From: Lophium mytilinum | Lineage: Eukaryota | Length of the DNA stretch: 64,000 nt | Assembly: GCA_010093605.1 (NCBI GenBank) | Contig: MU004186.1 | Coordinates: forward strand, 1,778,616-1,842,615 | Reading direction: 5' to 3' | In this document: positions 25,099-36,828 of the stretch, in pieces | Layout: every line of letters starts with the position of its first letter | Position numbering within the stretch: the first letter of the stretch is position 1 | Notes under the pieces: generated by a model | What the model was told of the DNA's origin: nothing | Seen by the model: only the letters and a program-made list of their open reading frames with translations | The model's database searches: none | Position numbers and translations under genes: made by a program

Positions 25099-26178
25099 CT
25101 AAGCAAAGTTGTACACGGGAATACCGTACTGTCATAGGTCAGCTTATAGCAAAAGAGGCCGGGATAATAGAGTTACTCACGTTTAGCGGGTTATTGAACC
25201 TGAAGCCTCTATCCAAACCACTGATCTGCTTGATCTCCTCCTCGCTCAGATCAAAGCTCGTTACGTCCAAGTTCTCCAACAACCGATCCTGCGTATTACT
25301 CTTGGGAATCACCGCAATCCCCCGTTGCGTGCTCCACCTCAACAACACCTGTGCCGCCGTCTTCCGATGTCGGTTTGCAATCGTAGTGATGACGGCGTGG
25401 TCAAACAGCAGCTCGATCGACTGCGCGAGATCCATATCACAGTCGCGGAACGACTGAGGGCCGAATGACGAGTATCCCGTTACTGCAATCCCGTGGCTCT
25501 TGCAGAGATCGAGGAGCGACTGCTGGAGAAGGTACGGGTGATGCTCGACCTGCACAACAGCCGGCTTGGTCTTCGCATATGTGAAAAGATCGAGCAGAAG
25601 TGCGCCGGTGTAGTTGCTCACGCCAATGTTCTTCGCCAGGCCCGCCGGGATGAGTGCTTCCATGGCTTCCCACGTGCTCTGTAGGCTCGCCTTGCCGTGC
25701 TCCACTTTGGTGCCTGCGTCGTCGAAGTACCAGCCCGGCGGGTACCGTACCTTAGGGTCCACATACTTCAGCGAGACCGGGAAGTGGATGTAGTAGAGGT
25801 CGAAGTAATCGACGTCCCAGTCGGCGAGTTGCTTGCGGACGATGGGCTCGACTTGTTCCGGGTCGTGGAAGGAGTTCCAGAGCTTGCTGATGATGAAGAG
25901 TTCGGAGCGCTTGACAAGGCCGTCTTTGATGGCGCGGGCTACGCCCTCGCCGCCTTCTTTCTCGTTACCGTAGTCTATGGTGTGTTTAGTGAGGTGAATA
26001 GGTAAGGTTATGTATACGCACCACATGCGCCATCGAATAGCCTGTATCCATCCTTTATGGCTCGGTATATTACGTCTGCGCACGTAGCATTGTCCATCTT
26101 CCACATGCCCAACCCTACTTGGGGCATCTCAGCGCCATTTGCTAGCTTGATCTTTGGAGTCTGAACGTCTGTAGCCAT
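25099..26178 (-). CDS. XYL1: NAD(P)H-dependent D-xylose reductase (aldo-keto reductase family 2), 3 exons
   Basis: [96 protein letters not shown]. The xylose-reductase assignment is by resemblance; paralogous AKR2 enzymes exist. Confidence 0.8.
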
Positions 26179-26662
26179 GTTTCCTTGTGTGTGTTGGGAT
26201 ATTGTCCGAAGAAGAGTATGTCTTGGAAGTCGAGTATGGTACAAATGAAAAATTGAAGAAATGTCGGAGGGCTGTTGGGTCCTTATAACGCGTCGTGGAC
26301 AGCGCCATTACAAGATACGGCCATGGTCCCACCCTGTGGTAGAAGCGTTTTGCCGGACTTTTTATTTACCATCTCATGATGATTAGTTCCAGTGACCTGA
26401 CTACCCGGTTGGCATCTATTGGCCAGTGAAGTGCCGCAACGGCGTGACTACGGATGAAGAGTTTCAGACGGATTATAGAGAAAATCGAAGAGAGATTCAT
26501 CTTGGAGGTTGTTTTCGACCATATTGTCGATCGGCTCTGCTTCAATGAAAGACTAGTAGTTCCGCTTTTCTCCAATCTTCAGGCTCGTCTATGGACCTTC
26601 TATTGATTATATTCAGTTCTTCGTATGTATTTGTCTAATTCGTGACAGCTGATGTCCCACTA

Positions 26663-26693
26663 CCCCGCCACGAGAAGTTCTTTGCCGGCTAAA
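26663..26693. promoter_or_regulatory. Candidate XlnR site (GGCTAAA, 26687-26693) next to a candidate CreA site (CCCCGC = GCGGGG, 26663-26668)
   Basis: Motif matches about 500 bp upstream of the xylose reductase ATG. Both motifs are short, so support is only contextual. Confidence 0.4.
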
Positions 26694-27245
26694 TAGACTG
26701 TTGGCGCCGGTTAAATTCGACTAGAAATCTTTACCATATTAAATGGGACCTCCTTGGACCGTAGAGCTTCCTTCAGCTTGCAAAGGTGGATGGAATTATT
26801 GATTAGACTTGTATGCGCGTTTGTTTGCCTATGTAGGTCTCCAATTGATCTATGCTGGACAACAAAGACGCATTTGTTCTACTTTCACTGCGCATGAAAT
26901 ATCTGCTCAGGCAATGCGGGCCTCGAATGTCCTCTATAAGGCTTTTGTTCACAAGGGGTTAGGCTGCGATGTCACCGTACTGCTTAGAACCGAAGAAAAT
27001 TTGTGTATAGGATGAGTGTTGAGCAAGGCTCGACGATGTTAGAAGGGCCGAAGTTTCCAGCTCCCAAAGTGAACTAGGACTAGGGGGGTTTAGCGATGAC
27101 GTAACGTGTTTCACATCGCTGCTTCCAAGCTTTCCTCACGAGACTCCCAGCCTTCTTATCAACAACACAGCTCTACATTTCCTGTTCAATCATCAGATCC
27201 ACACTCAAAACCACCTATCCTCCACTCTAAAACCTCAGCTCAACA

Positions 27246-27527
27246 ATGTCTCCCTCGCAACCCCCCCAGGCTCATCTCGCCCAACCCACTGCCAACCGCG
27301 AGATCGAGGCATCTCAGCCGCAGACCCAGCAGCCCATGCGAATGAGTACGCTACTCCCTCGATTCCCTCTATACTTTCTTCCACTGACCTCACCAGTGCA
27401 ACAAGACCCCCAAGCCGAACAAAAGACCGTCGGAATGCGCGGAGGCGACGGGCGTGGTGGAATGTGTCCTGGACGCTTTTGCTTCTGCGTCCCGTGCCCG
27501 CTGCCTTGCGATTTCTGTATTATCTAA
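27246..27527 (+). CDS. Small Gln/Pro-rich protein with Cys-rich C-terminus (CYSTM-like), 2 exons, 76 aa
   Basis: ACAATG start; 51-nt intron 27346-27396 (GTACGC...CTGAC...CAG); product ends ...VGMRGGDGRGGMCPGRFCFCVPCPLPCDFCII*. Confidence 0.75.
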   Translation: MSPSQPPQAHLAQPTANREIEASQPQTQQPMRMSTLLPRFPLYFLPLTSPVQQDPQAEQKTVGMRGGDGRGGMCPGRFCFCVPCPLPCDFCII

Positions 27528-28110
27528 GCGGTTTCAATGCAGAATCGCTGCACGACGGCGGATCGAGTGTGTATTGGCGGTAATGGCGTTTTGAGCTTTG
27601 CGGATTACATCAATCAAGAGCGATCCTGAAACGGAGTTAGGTACGAGGATGTTGGAGGTCAATTGGCTCTATGAAGAAAGCCCACTATTGAATATACTCA
27701 TTTCAAATCCATACAATGGCTCGTCACACATCCGTGTACACTTATCTTCCGCTGCTTGTAGCTCCTCGAAACATCCTTGGAGCTCCTAATTCTGTTGATT
27801 GGAACAGTTCCGGTGCCTAATGTCGGAACAACTAAACGTCAATACTCACTGTCATTTAGATTTTGACACGAACCAGAGCCGCAGGTCCAGTATCAGTTCC
27901 GCTAGTCATTCGGTCCGTAAAGCCAAATCAAGCTGTCAATGTAAGGTCAAACGAATGTGTTAGCTACCCTACAATCCTCCACCTTTTCTCTTTCATAAAT
28001 TTCAATCAATCCCTGGTCATGTACAGAACCTTGTCCGTTTCAATGTAACTCATCCTCGCCGCTATCCTCACTGCACCACATGAACAGAACGTCCCCCTTA
28101 ATCCCCTCCA

Positions 28111-28725
28111 TCACTCCGCCTTCCCAAAATACGGCACCTCAACCTTCGGTCCCAAATTCGTTACAATACTATGCTTAAGCTTCCACTTCCCATCCTCCAG
28201 CACCCACTGATCATCGCACTGCTCATAAATCCGATACGTCTTCTCCGGATCCTCTAGCGCCTTTGGATCCCACTGCGAGAAAATAAGACTACCACCCCCC
28301 AACGTCAGCATCCCTCTATCGACCCAACCGCAAACAAAGCAACAACAACTAAGGAATCAAACGTACTACGAATACACATGCGCCTTCCCCCGATCCACCG
28401 CATCCACAAGCGAATTTGGCACGTTATGCGCGACCAGCTTGTCCTTCCACGCGACTTTCAGCCCGTCGATGATGGCCTGCAGGCTCGTGTAGACGCCGCC
28501 TTTGCCCGCGCCGAGCGCGGAGCTGTCGTAGTAGATGTCGGTTGTCATGTAATTGCTGAGGGCGGTCCAGTTCTTGGTGTCGAGGGCGTGGGCGAGGCCG
28601 TACTCGGCTTGGGCGAGCTGGGTGTCCCAGATGGCTTTTTGGGCGTCGGTGGTGCTGGTAGTGGTGAGGGGGATGGCGGTGGTGAGGAGGGGGAGGAGGA
28701 GGAGGGTGGTTGTGAGGAGATGCAT
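28111..28725 (-). CDS. Secreted SnoaL/NTF2-like domain protein, 2 exons
   Basis: Signal peptide MHLLTTTLLLLPLLTTAIP; YGLAHALDTKNWTALSNYMTTD, HNVPNSLV and DQWVLEDGKWKLKHS fit a SnoaL_4-like pattern; intron 28366-28289. Confidence 0.75.
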
Positions 28726-29699
28726 TTTGGGGGGTTGGGGAGGGGGTTAGGGGGTTGGATGGGGAGTGTGGGAGGGGTGTGGGTTGTGAGAGGAGAGTGT
28801 GCGGGTGTTTTTATATCTTTTCTTCCCTTCCCTTCTCTTCCGTCTCTCTTCTCCAATCCCTCAACCATTTTCTCGTCTGCACTCCAGCGCGCGCCGCGCG
28901 GGAACACTACGATATCACCCTTCTCGACGGCGTCGTTGTAGAACTCACGGTCGCGTAGTCATTGGTCACCGCACGAGCTTTTACGAGATGGAAATCTAGT
29001 GTCTCAACCTGTGTCTACGAGATCGACGGCCAGCTCACTAAGAACACTATTCTCATTCTCGCGGCGAGGTGCACATGTAGCTGGTTCCTGACCCGCGGCG
29101 CAGCATGGCTGGAACAGCGCTGGTTGCACAGCGTCGGCCCCGCGGGCCCGGTTCGAGATGGTTTTTGTGGGGCGTGTATGGCTTTCGGAGGTTCCGTGAT
29201 GCAAGGGGCGGGTGGGTGGTGGTGGTTTCCTGGGGGTAAAGGGGTGGGGATGTAGGGGTTTGGAGAAATGGATTTGATATGAGATAGAAACCGAGGGTTT
29301 ACGATGCCTTTGCCAGAAAATTGGGAGCGGGATAGTGGGTCGAGGCTGCCAGAGGATGGATACTCTCGGCCGCCTTGATGTTACTGTCACACTGTGGGCT
29401 GCGTCTGCGAGCAGGAGAGGTTGTACTGCTTACGTCGAGGTGGTGGCGAGCTCATTTCATAGAGCCCTCGGGATAATTTTGTCACTTCTCAACTTAATTG
29501 TGAACTATCGTGCATTGGACATTCTGGCCACAGAGTCAGGTTTCTTTATAATATAGCGTTCTATTTAGTAGTAATACGTCTAATCCTAGAACGTGCCAGT
29601 AGGGCAATACCCAAATCCGCTATCTTACAAGCCATGCATATCTCAAGGCTAACCGCTCTATGCTCATACACTTCCAAAAATCTCCTTTCCTTTCCCACC

Positions 29700-31818
29700 C
29701 TACTCCCCCTTCCACCCCTCAACCAACACCACAGGCCCCTTATACACATGCCTCGCACGCACCGCATAATCCACCGCCGCAATCACCGCCACGCCCACAA
29801 ACATCACAACCGCCCAATTAAAATCCACGGCTGTCACCGGCGTCGCATTCGGCCAAAAGCACCAAAAGAACGCATACAGACTATACAGAAACCCGCCAAT
29901 GTTGACCGGCACGCCCCACCGCCCCAGACTCCACCGGCACTTGGGCAGCAGCTCAGGATGCTGGATGCGGCGGTAGAGCACGCAGCCGATGCTGAAGACG
30001 TACGTGATCATCAGCGAGACGACGTTGAGCGAGATGATGGCGTTGAAGGCGACATCGGAGCCGATGTTGATGAGTGAGAGGGCGATGGTAATGGCGGAGG
30101 TGACGGTGACGGCGTTGGCGGGGACTTGGAGTGAGGGTGAGACGTGGCCGATCCACGAGCTGAAGGGGAGGCCGTGGTCGCGGGCAAAGGCCCAGGTTTG
30201 GCGGGAGGTGGATAGGTTGAAGGAGACAGTGCCGGCGAAGATGAGTATGGTGGGAATGACGTTGAGAGCTGCGACGCCGCCGGAGGAGACGGCTTGGCGG
30301 AAGACCTGATGTGGGAGGTTAGGGGGCGTTCGGAGGGCTGGCTATGCAGGGGGGACTTACCCAGATGTGGGGGTAGTAGGTTGGGTGGTGCAGAGCGGCG
30401 TCGACGTCTGTCATCATGAACATATAGGAGATGAGAAAGACGAGCCCGAGAGCTCCATTGAGGATATAGGCTGATACCATAGCCCTAAAGAGAGTTGAGT
30501 GTTAGATGCACGTAGTCAAGGGTTAGTTCGAGATTGAAACTTACCTCGGAACTGTGATTCCAGCATCTTTGATTTCTTCAGACATATGAGCTGCAGCATC
30601 AGAGCCTGCGTGATGGATTAGCGGTAAGCTTATGACGGTTTCGCCGGAAAAGAGACGTACAAATGCAGGCGTAAATGGCACTGATCTGTCCAACCATCAA
30701 GCTCAAGCCCATTGTCGACCAGCCGCCCTCGTTGGTAAACTGCGTAAAGGTCGTTTTGGCACTATTGCGCGGTGCGAGCACCCATAGCACAATTATAATA
30801 GCCAGAAATCCACAAACATGGATGACTAGCATGATGTTCTGAACTAGAGGCATAGTCTTGGTGCCGTAGACGTTCAGGGCCCACACAATCACAGTAACAG
30901 CAATGACCATCAAGGTGCCTGTAAATAACTCAATGGGCTGTCAAGGAGTGGGGCAAGGGATAGCCACCTTGATAATTTGTGGGAGTGTAACTAGGTGTAT
31001 TAGTATATAGAAGTCATCAGTGTTTGAATCATCTTACCTCGGATACATGACAATGGCACAAGACTGGATCAGAGTTCCAACGAGAAATGGGCCAGAAGTA
31101 GTTCCTGCCTGCCATGATAGGGTTGACATCCATCCTGCTGCGCGTCAGGAGGCTTCTTTGTAGGTGGATTGGGGCATACACGCAAAGGTGACGTACCAAT
31201 AAAATAGCTCATGCTCTTCTGGAATCGAGGAGGTGCGAACTCAGACACCCAATGGTACTGCCCACCAGACGTACTGAAAAACTTTAGCGGATTATCTTTT
31301 ACACTGAGTATCGCGAAGCACATACGGAGCCATTGAAGCCATTTCGGCCAATGCAGCCATGACGAAGCTAAAACCAATAAAAGTCCAGATAAAGGACCAG
31401 ATCAAACCGGCAACTCCGCCATCCGTGAGACCTTGGGTGGTGGCACTAACATTCCATCAGTGTGTGCCCCGGAAAAGCCAGGAACACAGGTCTAGAGTAT
31501 ACACTCACGTCATTAAGACTTCCCATGTTCCTTGCAAAATCACAGTGAAGGCTATCGCAGAGAGTGGACGATAGTTTCTCTAATTCACATCAGCAAATGT
31601 TAACTATATCAAGGCGTGGGATGTACCCTAAGTTCTTGGACCTTTCCCATACGGCCCATATCAACTTGATCATTACGGGTATGACCTCTGTTGAAGTCAT
31701 GGTACTCATCGTCTACTTCTTCGCCAGTGTTCTGATTGGGAAGAGCGGCAATAACAACCTCAGGATAGGGTTTCTGGAGCTCATGAGAGCCAGCATCAGA
31801 AGACGAAGAGGCAGCCAT
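29700..31818 (-). CDS. Amino acid/choline/GABA permease (APC superfamily, Hnm1/Uga4-like), about 9 exons
   Basis: DMGRMGKVQELR|RNY, GLTDGGVAGLIW, LAEMASMAP|TSGGQYHWVSEFAP, SDAAAHMSEEIKDA, STSRQTWAFARDHGLPFS, LINIGSDVAFNAIISL, FNWAVVMF. Confidence 0.88.
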
Positions 31819-33309
31819 GACACGCAAATGGAAAAATACGAAACGCAGGAGACCAGCGCACGAAGGAATACGGATATTGAATAGAACAAAAAGCGGGAAG
31901 CGAAGGGATGGGGTTGAAGAACGAACTGGCGGGAAGGGTCCGCGCTGGTCGTGACAAGGGCACTGCACCCACTGCTATGGCTGCCGGGCTCCTCACGGGA
32001 GGCAATCCATGGTATCCCTCGGTCCCTTGGTCGCTCAATGGCACTGCGAGTACCATAGTACGGGCGTGTCGCATGGCTGGCGGCGGGCGTACCAAGTAGC
32101 AGTTGCGTAAACAGCGGACGTTGAGCTTCGAACGGTTGCTCCAGCCAATCGTCTTAGCAGCTGTCCCTGATAGAAAGCCACTGGAACAACCTGCCGAGGG
32201 CGAGAAAAGGCGAAGAATTGTGAATTGAGTGCTGCAATTGGGTCGAACCCAGTGCCGTCTGAGGATGCGCCTCTCGTATGCATCCAGCCCGCCCCAAAAT
32301 CTGACACTCTGGCTGCTAGTGCTCCGGCGCTAGCAAACTCTATCGTGCATCTTGATTGAGGTCGTAACGTGCCGTGCGTGCTACCAACCTTCGGCATGTG
32401 GGAGAGCTTGACCCGCAGAAGAGTGCATGGCGCCGTGATCCGAGACTGGGGCGAGTGCTGAAGCAGATTCTTCTTTACCAAGAGGTATCAACGATATCCC
32501 AGCGCTGGCAAACTTCCCCGAGTATAAAGTAGCAGTCCTTAATCCATGCGAGATTCCATTTCAAAATTTCTTGCCAACAGGCACATCTTCTCTCCGAGCT
32601 TCCTCACTGCTTCTGGTCCCTGGACATTAAAAGAAATTATAAGCCTGTGAGCCGACAAGTTCGACCCGCCGGACAGCTCTCCAGGCTGCCTCAGAGGGTG
32701 CATCGGATTGGCACTTCATGCAACAGAAGCGTGGCTGGAGGCTAGACCACCACGGCACGTACCGACAGCTGCCGCGTGGGAATCTTCCCGTCCCTAGGTC
32801 GCACATCAGCTCTAGTTGATATGGTTCGTCTGTTCCTGCCCACCCGAACGGCAATGTGCAAGCCACTGTTGAGATCGCGCCCAAAAACCGCGTGCCGCTC
32901 TCACCACATTCTCCATAAGTACGATGACTGATGGACGCATTTGCAACACGAGGACGCCCCTTCCGTGTCGGCCCGGCTCCCAAGAGTCTTCGCCGCACCG
33001 GTCCTTGCATTTCCTTGACCATCGACGAACTCTAATTTCTGCCTAAGCTCTGTTCGCGGCGGGACCTGCCTCGTGGGGTCCATCTGGACAGACCGCGCGG
33101 TAGATCTCAGGCGTTTCAATGGCGGCCTTGTCCCGTGAAGCCAATTTACTATTCTTTCCCCCGCCACTTACCTAGACCAAGTAGGCCATGAGCAATGGGT
33201 GGATACAAGTACTCATCGAGTCTCCACAATTAGCGACTTTTGCGCCCAAAAGGCCCTGTTTGTTAAGACCTTCGAGTTCACCGTACTGCAGTCCCTCCTG
33301 GACAACAAC

Positions 33310-35124
33310 ATGGCGGACCAACTTCTGTCTCCTATTCCACCGCCCTACTTTATCACGCCGACCGACAAACGGGGCCTCGTAGTAGTCATTACGGCCCTCA
33401 CTCTCGCGTTCGTGTGGACGTGTTTGATTGTACGGCTATATCTGCGTGTGAAGGTGAAGGAGTGGAAAGCCGACGATTACTTCCTCGTTGCTGCAACAGT
33501 GAGTAGATGGGCTAGGAAAAATCTGAACGCGCCCCTGACACATGCAGGTATTCGACACTATACAGTCTGCAGTACTTTTTCATCAAGCAGACCATGGCTA
33601 CGGCAGTTCATTGAAGTCCCTCTCTGCCTCTAATCTGAGAGCTATCGGCAAGGTACGTAGATCGCGACGATCGATCTCATCCCCACGATCCCCACGCGAG
33701 TCATCTCGCATGCCACGATGCGGCCCCTTGTTTCTCCAACGACCTTCTATCACAGCCCACCCACACCTGTTCAAATACATTTTCTTGTATCTAATATCGA
33801 GTAGGCCGACTTCGCGTCCCAGATACTCTATATTTTTACCCTTCTTCTCTCAAAGGGCGCAATCTTGTTCCTGTATCTTCGTCTCTCGCCGAACCGCAAC
33901 CATGCCTGGGCCTCGTGGGCGATGCTGGGTGTCTCGTCATTCTGGTTCATCCTCTCCGTGATCTTGATATCCGTTCATTGCAGTCCCTTCCAGTTCTGGA
34001 CCGATGGTGCTTCGCAGTGCGGAAACATGGTGAGATCCGACATTTCCTCCGTTACTCCCATTTTCTTCACTACTCCTATCACTCCCACTGCCTTTACTGC
34101 CTTTACTCCTATTACTCGCTTTATTGCTTTTACTGCTTTTACTCCGATTACTCCGATTACTCCGATTACTCGCTTTACTGCTTTTACTGCTTTTACTCCC
34201 ATTACTCCCATTACTCCCATTACTCCCATTACTCGCTTTACTCCTATTACTCCCATTACTCCTATTACTCCCATTACTCCCATTACTNNNNNNNNNNTTA
34301 CTCCCATTACTCCCATTACTCCCATTACTCCCATTACTCCTATTACTCCCATTACTCCCATTACTCCCATTACTCCCATTACTCCCATTACTTATTTCAC
34401 TCACTCGTCTCCATAGTTCATCCGCTGGCAAGTCATCGGCGCCATAGACATAACCACCGAATTCGCCATCTTCTTCATCTCCGTCTTCCTCGTCGCCAGA
34501 CTTAACATGCCCACCCGCTCCAAACTCACCGTCATCATGGCTTTCAGCGCGCGTCTCCCTGTAATCGCCGCCGCCGCCATCCGCCTGAATTATATCCACG
34601 CCGTCTTCCACTCCCCCGACCCCTCTCTCGCCGCGTCCTACGCCTCTGTGGCCACCCAATGGCAGCTTGGCTACGCAATCATGGCCAGCACAATTTCCGG
34701 CCTTGGGCCCTTCTTACGCCCCTTCGCGAAGAGCTTCAGCACCCACTACCAAGTAGGCCCCGGCGGAGTTGGACAGTCCGCGAACTCAGGCTCGAACTCG
34801 CATGCCCACTCCCGCTCCCACGCGTCGTTCGCACTGGCCTCACTCTCCTCTAAAAGCGCAGTCGTCGGCAGACGGTTCGGCAGCCGCTCTCACTCGCCAG
34901 TACTTGCGTTGGGGACGACAGGGAGTGATCTCCCTCTGAAACTTCGTCCAGAGCGGGTGGGACAGGAGGTGGACATCCGGCATGTAGCCTCGAGTACGCT
35001 GGAGGGGGACGAGGAAAGAGCGAGCTTGCAGAGTAATGATAGTAGGCGGATGATTATTACGAAGAAGATGCAGTGGAGTGTTGATCACGAAGCTGCGAGT
35101 TTTAGGGGGACCGGAGAAAAATAA
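33310..35124 (+). CDS. Pth11-like (fungal rhodopsin-domain) integral membrane protein without CFEM, 4 exons
   Basis: Seven-TM pattern with DDYFLVAAT, HGYG, SQILYIFTLLLSKGAILFLYLRL, WQVIGAIDITTE, KLTVIMAFSARL and LGYAIMASTISGLGPFLRPF; intron 3 spans 34030-34416. Confidence 0.8.
34051..34391 (+). repeat. 9-bp minisatellite (ACTCCCATT)n with variants, inside intron 3; contains a 10-N assembly gap at 34288-34297
   Basis: Directly visible units ACTCCCATT / ACTCCTATT / ACTCCGATT / ACTCGCTTT / ACTGCTTTT. Confidence 0.95.
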
Positions 35125-35559
35125 GTCATGGATGGGATTTAAGGTTATGTATAAATGATTAAAGATTGGGAGGCGTTGGCGGTAAGGATTGAGTTTAAAG
35201 ATATCCGTGTTCTGGGCTTGGTCAGATACTAGGGACTGTTGGTAGCATTGGGGGGCTGTAAGATCATTATGCGAAAGGGTTATATACACGGCGAAAATGC
35301 GAATGTGGGCTAAGTCTTCAACTCACGTCTATGAAATGTTTGCTACAACTCTCTCCTGTTGACGATATCCTCAAATCGTCGTCGTATTCAGTGTAATATG
35401 AATGTCCTCAGGCAATCAACACTTTAAGCAGCCACCATCTCTACCATTCCATAAATCTGTCTAACATCTATCCTCCCCAAGACATGCTTTATACGGAGAG
35501 CCAAGGATGTATACACACTTCAGAAGCTCGTTACGAATCGTAATTACACATCCAGCCCT

Positions 35560-35880
35560 TCATCCGCCTCCGCCTCCTCCACTATCTCCACCCCCTCCAC
35601 TATCCTCGCCTCCCCCGCTATCCCCTCCGCCTTCAGATCCCCCGCCCCCGCCATCGCCCCCATAATGATGTCCAGTCTGGTGTGCATCACAGCCGTCGCC
35701 AGGGTAGAGCCCCGCCCCTCCAGCGGGCCCTGTTCCCCCCGTTCCCCCCGTTCCTCCCGCCGTCCCACCGCTTTCGGTTGCGGCCTCCTCTCGGGCTTGG
35801 CGCCTCCGACGGCTCATCACCTCGCCAGGGCTTTCAGTGTGACAGTGACAGTACAGTATGAATTCGCGAAACCGGCCCAT
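35560..35880 (-). CDS. Possible small glycine-rich protein (106 aa)
   Basis: ATG-initiated ORF ending in GGGDSGGG repeats, with a TATAAA-like element on the minus strand near 36045; no recognisable domain. Confidence 0.4.
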   Translation of the reverse strand: MGRFREFILYCHCHTESPGEVMSRRRRQAREEAATESGGTAGGTGGTGGTGPAGGAGLYPGDGCDAHQTGHHYGGDGGGGGSEGGGDSGGGEDSGGGGDSGGGGGG

Positions 35881-36828
35881 TAGGAGAGCAAGCCTGAGTA
35901 AGGGTGTGGTGTGGGGTTTGTAGAATTTAAAAAAAAGTCTAGGTTGTTATCCATATTATTAAAGCAGGATCAAGCTTTAAATTAAACAAACGAGAGATTG
36001 TAATAAGTATAAAACTACTAAGAAGACGGGCTTGAGGGAGTTTATATCGTAGAGAGGACGGAGTAGGCCGGCAATTAACAGCTTTACTTTAACGGAAGAT
36101 GTCCTCCAAGGATATATCCATTGACTGAAGATAGAAGGAGAGAGGGACGATCGAATGAAATTACAAAGGTAGATTCGAACTAGGTCAATGTCTTTTAGAG
36201 TATCAGCGGTATTCCCGACTCGAGGTCGGCTTCTCGCTTGCCCTTGTCTACCTAAGCCTCCTCACCGGTATCGCATCGCGAACGTCAGGCACATTCAGCC
36301 TCACAATGCGATTGTATCCTTTGGAAGCGGCCTTGAACTGATCATTTCGTTAAAGGGTTAGCGTTTTGCAAGGCTGATCTCAAACCATATTCTTCGTTAA
36401 GAGAATCTCTTTGCAGACGCCGTCTCAATGATAGCGTCGTCCTAGTTAAGCTTCATGAACGACAACACGCAGTAAAGAACACAACAAGGGCTTCTCAGTT
36501 GTTCGTCGAACTCCTCTTTTTACCTGCACTATGCGGATTCATCGCATATAATCTTACTCGATGAGACGCCCGGATGGAGGATACTGTCACTGGATCGGGA
36601 GGATGGAAAGGAGTGGCAGAGGTCCGATCTCGGGAAGAGCCGCGTGCCAAGAATAGTATCACGTGGACGACCTGACCAATCGGACGCCACCTGATTCTTA
36701 TGACGTTCCGATTTCAAAGACTCAACACCATAGCCATCAATCAGCACTCCTCCAACATACCCGCCCAAACCACCCTACACCCCTCGTTGACCTGCGTCAG
36801 TCTTGCCAGTCTGTACGCACTTGTCAAC

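Noticed and set aside
32225..32255. T-loop-like TGGGTTCGACCCA on the minus strand
   Set aside because: Loop too short and no cloverleaf; not a tRNA.
33915..34659. (YSH)n, (LLP)n, (SNG)n and (VMG)n ORFs
   Set aside because: Alternative-frame translations of the intronic 9-bp minisatellite.
36700..36828. Upstream in-frame ATG extension of ISA1
   Set aside because: The ATG at 36829 has better context (AACATG) and begins a typical mitochondrial presequence; the extension is unsupported.
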